This document shows, piece after piece, positions 29,082 through 38,894 of a stretch of DNA of 64,000 bases. The translations under genes were made by a program, and so were the position numbers. Under the pieces are notes generated by a model that worked only from the letters and a program-made list of their open reading frames with translations, had not been told where the DNA came from and made no database searches. Position 1 is the stretch's first letter. Every line of letters starts with the position of its first letter. Source of the stretch: Sedimentisphaeraceae bacterium JB056 (GTDB taxonomy: Bacteria > Planctomycetota > Phycisphaerae > Sedimentisphaerales > Sedimentisphaeraceae); the NCBI GenBank assembly GCA_044440125.1, contig JBITAJ010000004.1, forward strand, positions 223,235-287,234, in the 5' to 3' direction.

Positions 29082-30599
29082 CTAAATACTGTCAAGCCAG
29101 TTCTCAGCCAGAGTCATGAAGTCGACAAGCTCAACGGTTCCATCAAGATTGGTATCACCTTTGTAGGCGGCTGCCTGCCACTGCAATATCGGGAAGAATT
29201 TGTCATCGATAACGAACCAGACATTATCGAAATCCCAATCAGGAAAAGTTGCCGCTTTTTTCATCGCATACGTATCTCTCTTGCTTATCGGATCAGTCGA
29301 TGCATCCCCAACTCCGATATGACCGCATAACCATTTGTCAAAATAACAATAATCATAACTGGCTGATAAGCCGGAACCTACAAAACTGCCCATGGTTTCG
29401 CCGGAGGAGGCGGTTGGTATATCTGAGGGAGACGGAAGAGTCAAGGAATCTGGATAATCACAAAGCCCCGCCGCATAACACTTGCTTATCGAAGTGGTCG
29501 CATCAACAACACCTGCAATCCCTCCGGCATGTGAGTATGCCAGCACAACACCCTGCCAATAGCAGTTTTCTATCGTCTGATAATCAGGACTTGCAGGGAC
29601 TTGCGGATCGATATCAGCATCACAATAACCAACCAATCCGCCTGTGCCGTATCCCGAAGAATTCCCATTTATACGGCCATAAACACTGGTTTTCGCTCCT
29701 GACTTTTTAACGGTTGACATATAAGCGTTTCCAATCAGACCACCTGTATCTCCAACGCCGTTTACAATACCCTCAGCAAAGCACTTGCTTACCGATGTCT
29801 TACGAACTGAACCGGCAATACCACCGATTGTATATCCGCCAATCATATCCACCTGGCTTGTACAGTTTTGAATGGTGGATTGGTCTACAGACTCTCCGAT
29901 CAGTCCACCGATAACTTCACCAACTTCAACATTTATCTCAAATTTAGCAACTGAGCTGCAATTTGTTAAAGTGGTTTCCTTTACAGAACCGCACAGTCCC
30001 CCAATATAGGAGCATTCAGCATAAGCTTTCCAGCATTTTATATTTGATTCTGCATGACAATTATCGATAGTGCTGCCATAGGCTCTTCCAACCAAAGCAC
30101 CAATCTGGCTGTATACTATCCCAAGGTTTGATGTTGAATAAGAAGACATTGTGAATGAAAAGTTCTCAATTGTCAGGTTTTTTATAGTTGCCTGCGAAGT
30201 CTTCCCAAACAAGCCTAAGTAAGACAGCCTATCGTTGGTGTCCTCATAAGCAGATCTATTGAACGCTAAATTACTGATAACATGACCGTTGCCGTCAAAA
30301 ACTCCCGAAAATATGACACCCTGGAAATCATCGACCGCAACATCTGTATCAGGACAAACAACGGCTCCGCTATAAGCGGCTTGAGAAAAATCGATATCAT
30401 TCATCAACTTAAAAACCTTGCCACACCAAATACCGCCATCGTTATCTATTGCTCTAAGTTCAGTAATATTAGTGATTTGATAAGGATTTTCAAGCGTGCC
30501 CTGCCCCGGCCAATAAGGAAGTGGAGTTCCTCCACCCTCGACCAGAGCAAATGAAATACAGATTACAAAAAGACCAATTAAACTGTTTCTTGTTGACAT
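29082..30599 (-). CDS. Secreted GLUG-motif beta-helix protein with a dockerin-like tail
   Basis: GQGTLENPYQI, FDGNGHVISNL, repeated IGGLxG, WDFDNVW, GDTNLDGTVELVDFMTLAENWL. Confidence 0.88.
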   Translation of the reverse strand: MSTRNSLIGLFVICISFALVEGGGTPLPYWPGQGTLENPYQITNITELRAIDNDGGIWCGKVFKLMNDIDFSQAAYSGAVVCPDTDVAVDDFQGVIFSGVFDGNGHVISNLAFNRSAYEDTNDRLSYLGLFGKTSQATIKNLTIENFSFTMSSYSTSNLGIVYSQIGALVGRAYGSTIDNCHAESNIKCWKAYAECSYIGGLCGSVKETTLTNCSSVAKFEINVEVGEVIGGLIGESVDQSTIQNCTSQVDMIGGYTIGGIAGSVRKTSVSKCFAEGIVNGVGDTGGLIGNAYMSTVKKSGAKTSVYGRINGNSSGYGTGGLVGYCDADIDPQVPASPDYQTIENCYWQGVVLAYSHAGGIAGVVDATTSISKCYAAGLCDYPDSLTLPSPSDIPTASSGETMGSFVGSGLSASYDYCYFDKWLCGHIGVGDASTDPISKRDTYAMKKAATFPDWDFDNVWFVIDDKFFPILQWQAAAYKGDTNLDGTVELVDFMTLAENWLDSI

Positions 30600-30776
30600 G
30601 GTAAACCTCCCATAATGTGAAACATTAATACTTTACTCCAAAGCCCATTTTACCGCAGTCAACTCCCAATATCAAGGATTGTTTGGAAATTTCAGGCCAT
30701 GCACAATTCGTTTTATGCCTAACTGCTATATATAAAAAACCGGCATATAACCTAAACTGAAAAGATTACAGACTTA

Positions 30777-31646
30777 TCACAATCTTTCTGCAAGCAATTT
30801 TCTGGCGGCATTTATTTCATCTTCTTCAAGCTCAAAATCGCCCTGTCTCGTGCCAATTCCTAATTGCTCAAGTTTAGAATTGCCAAGTGAATGATAAGGA
30901 AGCAGTTCAATCCCCATGCAATTTTCAAGCCTATTGTATATCTTCGCAAGCGCACTGTAATGCTCAATGTTGTCATTATCATTTTTAACAAGAATACATC
31001 GCAATACTGTTACCGCCCCTAAACTGTCAAGCAGCTCAAGATTTCTCATTATCACATCAAGTTCAACACCTGTATTAGCCAAATGCCGGTTACTGTCGGT
31101 ATCTTTAACATCATACAGCCATAGATCAACAAACTCAGCGGCTCTCTGCACATCCTCGCTTTTGGCAAAACCGCATGTTTCTAAACAAACAGTGATATTC
31201 GCTTCTCGGGCAGCCTTAGCAAGCTCTATTGTAAAATCGCTTTGTAATAAAGGCTCACCGCCTGAAATAGTCAGCCCGCCGCATTCATCATAAAAGTCAG
31301 CATCTTTTAGCACTTCGGTCATTACATCTTGAACACTCATCTCCCTTCCGGAAAGTTTTATCGTACCGGAATCGCATACATCCGCGCAGGAAAGACACTC
31401 CCCGCAATCTTCTCTTGCTGAACCGGATAATATGCTTCTTACATCTTCCTTGGGACATACTCGGTCGCAATTACCGCAGTCAATACACATATTGGGAGAA
31501 AACAATAGCTCCGCTGCCATTTTTTTTGATTCTGGATTGTGACACCATCGGCACTTTAACGGGCATCCTTTTAGAAAGACTGTCGTTCTTATGCCAGGGC
31601 CGTCATGCGTGCAAAATCGCTGAATATCAAATACAATACCGTTCAT
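30777..31646 (-). CDS. Glycyl radical enzyme activating enzyme (radical SAM with ferredoxin-like insert)
   Basis: HDGPGIRTTVFLKGCPLKCRWCHNPES; CIDCGNCDRVCP and CGECLSCADVC; SGGEPL; ELLPYH. Confidence 0.96.
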   Translation of the reverse strand: MNGIVFDIQRFCTHDGPGIRTTVFLKGCPLKCRWCHNPESKKMAAELLFSPNMCIDCGNCDRVCPKEDVRSILSGSAREDCGECLSCADVCDSGTIKLSGREMSVQDVMTEVLKDADFYDECGGLTISGGEPLLQSDFTIELAKAAREANITVCLETCGFAKSEDVQRAAEFVDLWLYDVKDTDSNRHLANTGVELDVIMRNLELLDSLGAVTVLRCILVKNDNDNIEHYSALAKIYNRLENCMGIELLPYHSLGNSKLEQLGIGTRQGDFELEEDEINAARKLLAERL

Positions 31647-31669
31647 CTACTTATCTACCCAAGCATCCA

Positions 31670-33901
31670 CTAAATTTTCTGCTGCGTTCTGTTGATAATC
31701 ATATCCTGCCACTGCTTATTTAATGTCGCAAACCTTGCCGACCATCCGGCAATTCTGACAGGCAGATTCTGATATTTTTCAGGATGTCTTTGCGCATCGA
31801 TAAGCAAGGCAGTATCAACGACATCCATATGAAGATACCAACCGCCAAGCTTCTGGAAAGTTTTCATAAGAGTCGCCATTGCCAGTTTGCCGTTATCACC
31901 TTTAACACTTGCAGGATGAAGTTTAAGCTCAAGCGTTGCACCACCGGGGCAGCGTGAGAAATCCATCTTGCAGTATGATTTGATAACAGCAGTAGGCCCT
32001 TTCTTATCGCTGTCAGGTGTAGGCGAAAAATTCGTAGCAAGTACATCACCGGAATTATGCCCGGAGAACGTAGCTGACCGGCTGGTACTCCAGCTTATCT
32101 CGCGTCCGAAAGTACTGATACCCGCAGGCATAAATACACCATCAGCTTCTTTCTGAGATGCCACTATTGATGTATAGTCGTTAAACACCTTAACCATCAT
32201 CGCATCAGCCTTCTCATTATCATTACCGTAAGCATCTATCCTGTTAAGCACCAGCCTTCTGAGACTTTCCTGTCCCTGCCAGTTATTGTTTACAATATCA
32301 CAGAATTCCGAAAGTCTAAGCGTTTTCTGCTCATAGACAAGCTCATTAAGCACTGTAAAACTGTTGGCAACATCAGCCATGCCGCCCATATGCGGAGAGT
32401 AAACAGAATATCTGGCACCGCGATTATTATAATCCCTGCCTCTCTCAATACAATCATCGACAAGTATCGAAAGAAGCGGGCAAGGCTGCTTGTTATCTTT
32501 GTCAACCCACCTGTTTCGTGAGATATCAATGTGTTTCTGGTAAACATCTTTAAGCTCATCAGTAAATTTAGCATATAACTGCTCAAAAGAAAGGTCATCA
32601 TCAAGCTTTGTCTTTTGACTTTGCCCAAGAGCTTTCTGCATTACGTCAAGGATATCCATCGGGCGATAAATAAAGGCTGTTTTACCGGGAATAAGAACTT
32701 CCCAACAACCATCATTTGTAAAACCACGAGCCTCTTTTATATCGTAGCCAAATTTAACCAATCCATCAATCACTATCTCTTCATTATAAACAGCAACCAT
32801 TCCACCGCCAAGCCGCTGAACCTCCGCTATCCTTTCAAGCAATCGTTGAGGTGTATTTTTATTAATCCTTACCGCTATAGGAAAATCACTTATATGCAAT
32901 TCTTCAACAATATCCAGCACAAGATAAGTAACATCATTGGTTACATCTTTTCCATTTTCATCAATGCCGCCAAGGATCACATTCTGATAATGCTGCGCAT
33001 CACCGCTTCCGCGACCTGTACATGTAGTCCATTCACAACCAAGTATCCAGAAGTGTGCCAGCATCTCTCTTGCCTGCGGCAAAGTAACTGTGCCATTTTC
33101 AAGATCTTTTTTCAGATACCCGCCAAGCATCTGATCAATCCGACCAAGACCAGACCAGTTACCCATGAGTTTCTGAAAAGCAAATGAGAATCTCAGTGAC
33201 TGAACGGCTTCATGGAAATTCTTCGGCGGATTTTGCGGCACGTTTTCCAATGCCTTATAAACCGATAGATATGTATCTTTTTCGCTGCCTCTGCTTTGAG
33301 ATATTTTTTCCTGTATAGAATCGAGATATCGTTTATGCCATATATCCGCCCCATCCATACAAACAAGCATTGATTTAAGTAAATCCTCACCGCCTGCATC
33401 AAGTCCGCCGCGAGAAAGCCTTTCATTTATCTTTTCCCGCAAACCTTTATAACCAAGCGTTAAAACCTTGTCGAAACCAATAGTCGTATGGCTGACACTG
33501 AATACTTCTCCAAGCAAAGGAACCAAATGCCGGCGTCCTTCATCAAGCGTTGCCGAACCGACAATCAGAGAATTGGGCTTTATCCATACAGGAGCCTTTT
33601 CTGAGACAAGCTTAGCTGCCATAGCGTATTTCATATTCATAGACACAGAATCCGCTTCAGAAGGTAAAGCAAAATCTGCCGGTTTGATCTGCCTGCCCCA
33701 TTGCCCGCTCAAGGCCTGATCCGCAAGAACATGTGTATTATCTGAAAGTCTATTCACCCCACAACCTTCGCTTACTGACAGCCATTGGTTTTCATTACTC
33801 TCTATTTTAGAGAAATCAGCCGCTTTAGCTCTATCAGATTTGATTAAGCTGCCGGCAAAAGTCGTTGTAGACGCTAATTTCACAAAATTTCTTCTGTCCA
33901 T
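31670..33901 (-). CDS. Glycyl radical enzyme (PFL-like family) with a putative Tat signal peptide
   Basis: Gly loop NLPVRIAGWSARF, Cys loop NDGCWEV, GLGRIDQML, YGNDNEKAD. AGAGGA RBS precedes MDRRNFVKLAS...AKA. Confidence 0.93.
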   Translation of the reverse strand: MDRRNFVKLASTTTFAGSLIKSDRAKAADFSKIESNENQWLSVSEGCGVNRLSDNTHVLADQALSGQWGRQIKPADFALPSEADSVSMNMKYAMAAKLVSEKAPVWIKPNSLIVGSATLDEGRRHLVPLLGEVFSVSHTTIGFDKVLTLGYKGLREKINERLSRGGLDAGGEDLLKSMLVCMDGADIWHKRYLDSIQEKISQSRGSEKDTYLSVYKALENVPQNPPKNFHEAVQSLRFSFAFQKLMGNWSGLGRIDQMLGGYLKKDLENGTVTLPQAREMLAHFWILGCEWTTCTGRGSGDAQHYQNVILGGIDENGKDVTNDVTYLVLDIVEELHISDFPIAVRINKNTPQRLLERIAEVQRLGGGMVAVYNEEIVIDGLVKFGYDIKEARGFTNDGCWEVLIPGKTAFIYRPMDILDVMQKALGQSQKTKLDDDLSFEQLYAKFTDELKDVYQKHIDISRNRWVDKDNKQPCPLLSILVDDCIERGRDYNNRGARYSVYSPHMGGMADVANSFTVLNELVYEQKTLRLSEFCDIVNNNWQGQESLRRLVLNRIDAYGNDNEKADAMMVKVFNDYTSIVASQKEADGVFMPAGISTFGREISWSTSRSATFSGHNSGDVLATNFSPTPDSDKKGPTAVIKSYCKMDFSRCPGGATLELKLHPASVKGDNGKLAMATLMKTFQKLGGWYLHMDVVDTALLIDAQRHPEKYQNLPVRIAGWSARFATLNKQWQDMIINRTQQKI

Positions 33902-34074
33902 GACCATTCCTCTTTTATGAATATACAAATTAGTAACCAATATTATACGACTGATTTTAGCATAATCGAAATATTAAAATCTATAAACTTTAAACCGTTT
34001 TTTGGTAGATTTTGCGCAACAGTTTTGATAAAATATCCTTTTCAGCTCAAAAACAACTACAAACTGGCAATCTC

Positions 34075-34899
34075 ATGACAAAACTGACGGACAAAAATAA
34101 GTTTCAGGAAGACTTTCTCAACAAGATGCAGAACAAATACTGCTTCACTGATTTGTTTGATTTTCTCTCCGATATATTCTTTTTTGTGAAGGATAAACAA
34201 AGCAGATTTATCATGGCCAACCGACCATTTTTGGACATTTTAGGTATAGAGAAAGTTGAAGAAATGATTGGCCTGACGGATCATAATTTTTTTCCGCCCA
34301 ATATTGCTGATCGATATTTTGAGGAAGACAGATACGTATTGGAAAACGGCGAAATGACACGTGACAGGTTATGGCTTGTACCAAACAGCGATAACACATT
34401 AAAATGGTATCTATCTACCAAAATGCCGCTTTTCGACAAAAAGGACAACATCATCGGACTTGCCGGCACAATGAAAAACTTCGCCAATGTTGATAAACTT
34501 CCTGAGCCTTACAGGGAAATGTCAGAAGTAGTTCAGCATATAAACGACAACTACAATAAAGACATACAGATTACGGAATTAGCTGACATCGCATCACTGT
34601 CGATCAGTCAGTTTGACAGAAGATTCAAGAAAGTATTCGGCATATCACCGCTCAAATACATTACTAAAACAAGAATAGATGCCGCTTGTATTGCAATAGA
34701 AAAAACAAATCAGACAATAACACAGATAGCTTACAATACAGGGTTCAACGACCATAGCTATTTTACAAAGGTCTTCTTCAAAATCATTGGCAAAACACCC
34801 AAACAATATAGAACGCTGATTCGCAAAAGAGCAAATCAGCATTCGAAACCCAAACAAGACATAATCGTAAACTTACAACAACAATTCATTGCGCTTTGA
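34075..34899 (+). CDS. AraC family regulator with an N-terminal PAS domain
   Basis: FFVKDKQSRFIMAN...IGLTDHNFFP...TKMPLFD (PAS) and SQFDRRFKKVFGISP...GFNDHSYFT (AraC HTH). Divergent from the GRE; ATG at 34075 preferred. Confidence 0.92.
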   Translation: MTKLTDKNKFQEDFLNKMQNKYCFTDLFDFLSDIFFFVKDKQSRFIMANRPFLDILGIEKVEEMIGLTDHNFFPPNIADRYFEEDRYVLENGEMTRDRLWLVPNSDNTLKWYLSTKMPLFDKKDNIIGLAGTMKNFANVDKLPEPYREMSEVVQHINDNYNKDIQITELADIASLSISQFDRRFKKVFGISPLKYITKTRIDAACIAIEKTNQTITQIAYNTGFNDHSYFTKVFFKIIGKTPKQYRTLIRKRANQHSKPKQDIIVNLQQQFIAL

Positions 34900-35832
34900 T
34901 TAGTGCATCTCCACTTCGCAAGCTCCGATTGCCGGGCGATAATAATTAAACTGTACATTAGGATGGTCGGCAAGCAGCGACATCGGCACCGCTGTATCTG
35001 CGATACCCTTTGATATCATCAGAGCAGTCAGTCTCATTCCGAAAGGATTATCGTGTGTTCCGGCGTGCCATATTGATACTTTGTCAGACATCCATGTCTG
35101 CTTAGGACCGACCGTCATTGCCATAGTAGGAATCCCTGTAACAACACCGCCGCCGCTTGTGCGTGCATTCTGCATAACAGTAACAGGATGCAGCTCGACA
35201 GCACGTGTAGAGAGCTTACGATATTCCTCAGGTGTTGGCGGAGCATCGGCATACTGACCTTCACGCTTGAATGGGTCATTGAACGCCCAGTGCTTGATAT
35301 CGCCCTGCCCGCCCTGCATTACCGCACAGCGAACGCCTGTTTCCCAGCTCTTGATATACTCAGCAGGGTCAGCATCAGGGAAGTGCATATTTTCGTCAGG
35401 CATCTGGAGTTGCGGCTTGATTTTATTGAAACACATATCCTTATCGGCTTTTTCAAATGAGAGCGGATTGTCAGCAGGTGCAACCTTGCCGTCAATAAGC
35501 CATTCATCCATGCCCCAGAAATGTGCGTTTTTCAAGTCGATGTCAAGCTCGTTTACTATTCTTGCAACAAGAGGAAGCTGTTCGGTTGGTCCGATAGGGC
35601 CGCAGATACCAACAGGATTGTCATCTGTAGCCTGCTTCCATGCGTTTATATATTCCAATGCTTCCGCAAGATAGAACTCTTCAAGAGTCTCATAGAATAC
35701 AACTTTGAACCCTTCCCTTGAAAGCTGGGACATATCCTTTTCCGTTAGTTTTGCCGCATCGTTGAGCAATTGATCATCAAGTGTGGTAAAATCCCACCAA
35801 TCCGGTGCTAATATGCTTTGTTTTCTTGCCAT
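34900..35832 (-). CDS. Glucosamine-6-phosphate isomerase/deaminase (NagB-like fold, divergent)
   Basis: [44 protein letters not shown]. Confidence 0.75.
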   Translation of the reverse strand: MARKQSILAPDWWDFTTLDDQLLNDAAKLTEKDMSQLSREGFKVVFYETLEEFYLAEALEYINAWKQATDDNPVGICGPIGPTEQLPLVARIVNELDIDLKNAHFWGMDEWLIDGKVAPADNPLSFEKADKDMCFNKIKPQLQMPDENMHFPDADPAEYIKSWETGVRCAVMQGGQGDIKHWAFNDPFKREGQYADAPPTPEEYRKLSTRAVELHPVTVMQNARTSGGGVVTGIPTMAMTVGPKQTWMSDKVSIWHAGTHDNPFGMRLTALMISKGIADTAVPMSLLADHPNVQFNYYRPAIGACEVEMH

Positions 35833-35844
35833 TTTCCAGTCTTC

Positions 35845-36603
35845 CTATTTTACAAATTTTTCTAATTCTGTTTTCAAAATATTATTATCAGGGTAAGCGT
35901 GTCCAAGATGCTGGCGGAAACCTTCTGCATATCTTACCCCAACCTCTTTCCCCTTAGATTCTGCCGCCTTTTTCATCGAGATCACATATTCATCTATGCC
36001 GTGATGTGCCAAAAGCCAATTACGCTGACTTGCATGACAGCAAAGCATCTTTTCCTTTATATCGATCTTGGTAGAAATATCAACATGGATTGTAGATTTA
36101 ATCTGCTCGCCATAGATATCACAACCACCAAGCGGATCAGCATAATACAGATACGGCACAAAATCATAAGGCTTGACACCCGGAGTCTCGACATTCGGTA
36201 TTCCACAGGCAAAACATGCAGTCCGAACAAGCGAGGACGTATTCTCATGATCGATAAAGTAATCCTGCGGGCTTGAAGTAAAGACTATCGCAGGTTTTAC
36301 CTTGCGTATAATCTCTATTGTCTTGAGAAGAGAAGGTTTGTCGTACATCACAAAGACATCCTCAAGCTCATTACAATAATACTCTGCATCAAGTAAAGCT
36401 GCCGCCGAAGCAGATTCTGCTCTTCGTATCTCGCTGATTTTTTCACGGCCGTATTCTTTGGAACCGCAATCGCCCGGAGTCATTGTTGCTATTACAATAT
36501 TCCAGCCGGCTTCCTTAAGCAATGCCAGTGTACCGGCTGTCATAAATTCTGTATCATCAGGATGACACAAGAATGATAGGACGGTTTTATTGTCAAAATT
36601 CAT
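35845..36603 (-). CDS. PIG-L/LmbE family deacetylase
   Basis: CHPDDTE, TPGDCGS, RRAES, DYFIDHE, CCHASQ, YAEGF. Start MNFDNK at 36603. Confidence 0.93.
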   Translation of the reverse strand: MNFDNKTVLSFLCHPDDTEFMTAGTLALLKEAGWNIVIATMTPGDCGSKEYGREKISEIRRAESASAAALLDAEYYCNELEDVFVMYDKPSLLKTIEIIRKVKPAIVFTSSPQDYFIDHENTSSLVRTACFACGIPNVETPGVKPYDFVPYLYYADPLGGCDIYGEQIKSTIHVDISTKIDIKEKMLCCHASQRNWLLAHHGIDEYVISMKKAAESKGKEVGVRYAEGFRQHLGHAYPDNNILKTELEKFVK

Positions 36604-36636
36604 CTCAAAATACCTGCTGTAAGCATTGTTGACACT

Positions 36637-36712
36637 AAGAATATAGAATATAGAAGTTAGAAGAAAGTAAGCAGCGATTACGACTTGCATTATTCTATCT
36701 TCTGAATTCTAA
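36637..36712. repeat. Inverted pair of heptamer arrays
   Basis: TAAGAAT ATAGAAT ATAGAAG TTAGAAG ... ATTCTAT CTTCTGA ATTCTAA. Confidence 0.6.
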
Positions 36713-36850
36713 ATCCTCGTTTCCTATCGAAACGATAAACATTAAACATTAATAATATCAAAAAAACGCTTCACTTCCATAGCTAAAAGGAGTATCATAC
36801 CCCCAATAAGGAACCTAAAAACATAAACATAACTTCTATAAAACACTTTA

Positions 36851-37738
36851 ATGAACGAAAAAGAGCAATCAAACATAAAAAAGGAATTTGCTCCGGATTC
36901 TACCGGCCATGTCATAGAGGCAAAGTATTTCTATTTCGACCCATCAGAAAGACGCTTGGCTCAAACAAGCATTATGTGCGGGGGGCATGAAAAATGTGCA
37001 TCTGATTTCCGAATTGACAGGCCAAGATTCCCATTTTATGCATTCGTATTCATAGCAAAAGGCAAAGGTTACTACACGTGCGATAATCATAGATATAACC
37101 TTCAATACGGCTCACTGATAATAATGAAACCTGACATGCCGTACATCCTTGAAGCTGACCTCGAAAATCCCATGGAACAATTTCTCGTAATATGCCACGG
37201 AGAAAAATCCAGAGAGCTTATCGAAAAGAATAAGCTCAGCAGTAAACATGTTATAAATATTGCACGGCCGGAAATAACATCAACGCTATTTAAGGAAATA
37301 CTGGAAACGGGATTCCAAAAACCAGAATTTGCGGCGAAAATATGTTCAAACTACCTCGAGTGCATAGTAATGAAAGAAATCAGGGAAAACACCCAGCCGG
37401 AGACCAACGACAGTTCATATCAAAGCTTTCTGAACTGCAAACAGTATCTTGAGGAAAACTTCATAAAAATCAACTCCTGCACGGAGCTCGCCCAGCAATG
37501 CTCATTCGACATACGATACATAGCAAGACTGTTCAAGAAGTACCAAAATACAAGACCTTACGACTATCTGATGAAACTTAAAACAGACAAAGCTCTCAAT
37601 CTTCTGCTGACATCCGACCTGAGCATAAAACGAATAGCATTTATGATCGGATTTTCAGATCCGTATCATTTTTCCCGCATATTTAAAAAACGTTTCAAAC
37701 TCTCACCATCGGAATACAGAGAAAACTTGACAATCTAA
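36851..37738 (+). CDS. AraC family transcriptional regulator
   Basis: CGGHEKC cupin-like region; SIKRIAFMIGFSDPYHFSRIFKKRFKLSPSEYR. Confidence 0.93.
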   Translation: MNEKEQSNIKKEFAPDSTGHVIEAKYFYFDPSERRLAQTSIMCGGHEKCASDFRIDRPRFPFYAFVFIAKGKGYYTCDNHRYNLQYGSLIIMKPDMPYILEADLENPMEQFLVICHGEKSRELIEKNKLSSKHVINIARPEITSTLFKEILETGFQKPEFAAKICSNYLECIVMKEIRENTQPETNDSSYQSFLNCKQYLEENFIKINSCTELAQQCSFDIRYIARLFKKYQNTRPYDYLMKLKTDKALNLLLTSDLSIKRIAFMIGFSDPYHFSRIFKKRFKLSPSEYRENLTI

Positions 37739-37801
37739 TGAGATAAACCTAAAATTTAGCCAAAATTAAGATATTTCAGTAGTTTTCGTTAAAAGGATAT
37801 T

Positions 37802-38473
37802 ATGAAAAATTACTACTGCCCTGATTGCCAGTCTGCCATTAGTTTTGATGATATTAATGTTGCAAATGATATTGCGTTATGCCGCAGTTGCGGCAATACT
37901 CACAATTTCAGCATAATATCAAGCATCGTCGCTGATAATTCAAGCCTTAGCATGGGGAAAACGCCCAAACACGTCAAGGTTAAATCGGAGTTCATGAAAG
38001 GCGGTGAAATCAAATACAGCCGCATCTCACCCGGTATTCTTTTTCTGATTCCTTTCACTTGCTTCTGGTCGGGGCTGTCTGTGTACGGCATATATTTAGA
38101 GCCGTGGCTTAAAAAAGGAAGACTGCCGGAGATTCCACAGATGCTTATGGGACTGCCATTCCTGATTGGTACAATCGTTTTGGTATCGATAATCATCTAT
38201 ATGCTTTTTGGAAAAACCGTCATAACCCTGAATAAAGGCAAGGGTGATATTTTTGTAGGTATCGGCATGATCGGCTGGTGCCGTCATTTCAAATACAACA
38301 CACAATCTCAAGTAAGGCTGGTTCCGACAAGTACAAAAGTAAACAATGTCAGAAAATACGGCATAAGAATTTCAACAAATGAAGATGATATCACGTTCGG
38401 AGCATTGATAGAGGATAAGTCCAAACAATACATGATATTGAAACTCAAAGAGCTTATTCGAACCGGAATCTAA
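37802..38473 (+). CDS. Hypothetical membrane protein with an N-terminal zinc ribbon
   Basis: CPDC...CRSC followed by two TM helices. Confidence 0.7.
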   Translation: MKNYYCPDCQSAISFDDINVANDIALCRSCGNTHNFSIISSIVADNSSLSMGKTPKHVKVKSEFMKGGEIKYSRISPGILFLIPFTCFWSGLSVYGIYLEPWLKKGRLPEIPQMLMGLPFLIGTIVLVSIIIYMLFGKTVITLNKGKGDIFVGIGMIGWCRHFKYNTQSQVRLVPTSTKVNNVRKYGIRISTNEDDITFGALIEDKSKQYMILKLKELIRTGI

Positions 38474-38522
38474 GTGCGACATTCAATGGTTATTGATTTC
38501 ATGAGTCGCTGTTTATATAACA

Positions 38523-38894
38523 TTAACGGTTGATTTCGGGAGCAGATACTACAACTATATTATTCTCGTTAACGGTTATCGTGTCATGGTTTACTACACC
38601 ATTGGTCAGATATCCATCATTACACTCTAAAGTTTGCCCATCAGCAAATTCAACTTTGATCAGATAACTTGAATCACCTCTAACAGTAAAGCTGAAATTA
38701 AACTTGCCGCCCGGCTCAATACTGTTAATAAAGATCCTTTGTCCACCAGCATTAACTTCTGCCTTTTTAATTAATTTTCCTGATGCATTTTTAAAAGTAA
38801 AATCGCTCTTCGAATTAGATTTGCAACTTAGAGGTACAATACACATTACCAATAAAAAACATCCCCAGAGAACTTTCTTCTGAATTGCTTTCAT
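38523..38894 (-). CDS. Hypothetical lipoprotein
   Basis: GGAG RBS; hydrophobic signal ending PLSC; DGYLT motif. Confidence 0.65.
   Translation of the reverse strand: MKAIQKKVLWGCFLLVMCIVPLSCKSNSKSDFTFKNASGKLIKKAEVNAGGQRIFINSIEPGGKFNFSFTVRGDSSYLIKVEFADGQTLECNDGYLTNGVVNHDTITVNENNIVVVSAPEINR

Noticed and set aside
31670..33940. Calling the GRE pyruvate formate-lyase (pflB) with the start at 33940
   Set aside because: It lacks the adjacent Cys-Cys pair, and RBS placement favours the start at 33901.
36604..36690. Hydrophobic N-terminal extension (apparent signal peptide) on the PIG-L ORF
   Set aside because: It is the translation of a heptamer repeat array; the family fold starts at 36603.
38471..38484. 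14-nt identity TAAGTGCGACATTC with 26983-26996, which overlaps the oppC duplication breakpoint
   Set aside because: Single short match with no extension; several such matches are expected in 64 kb.
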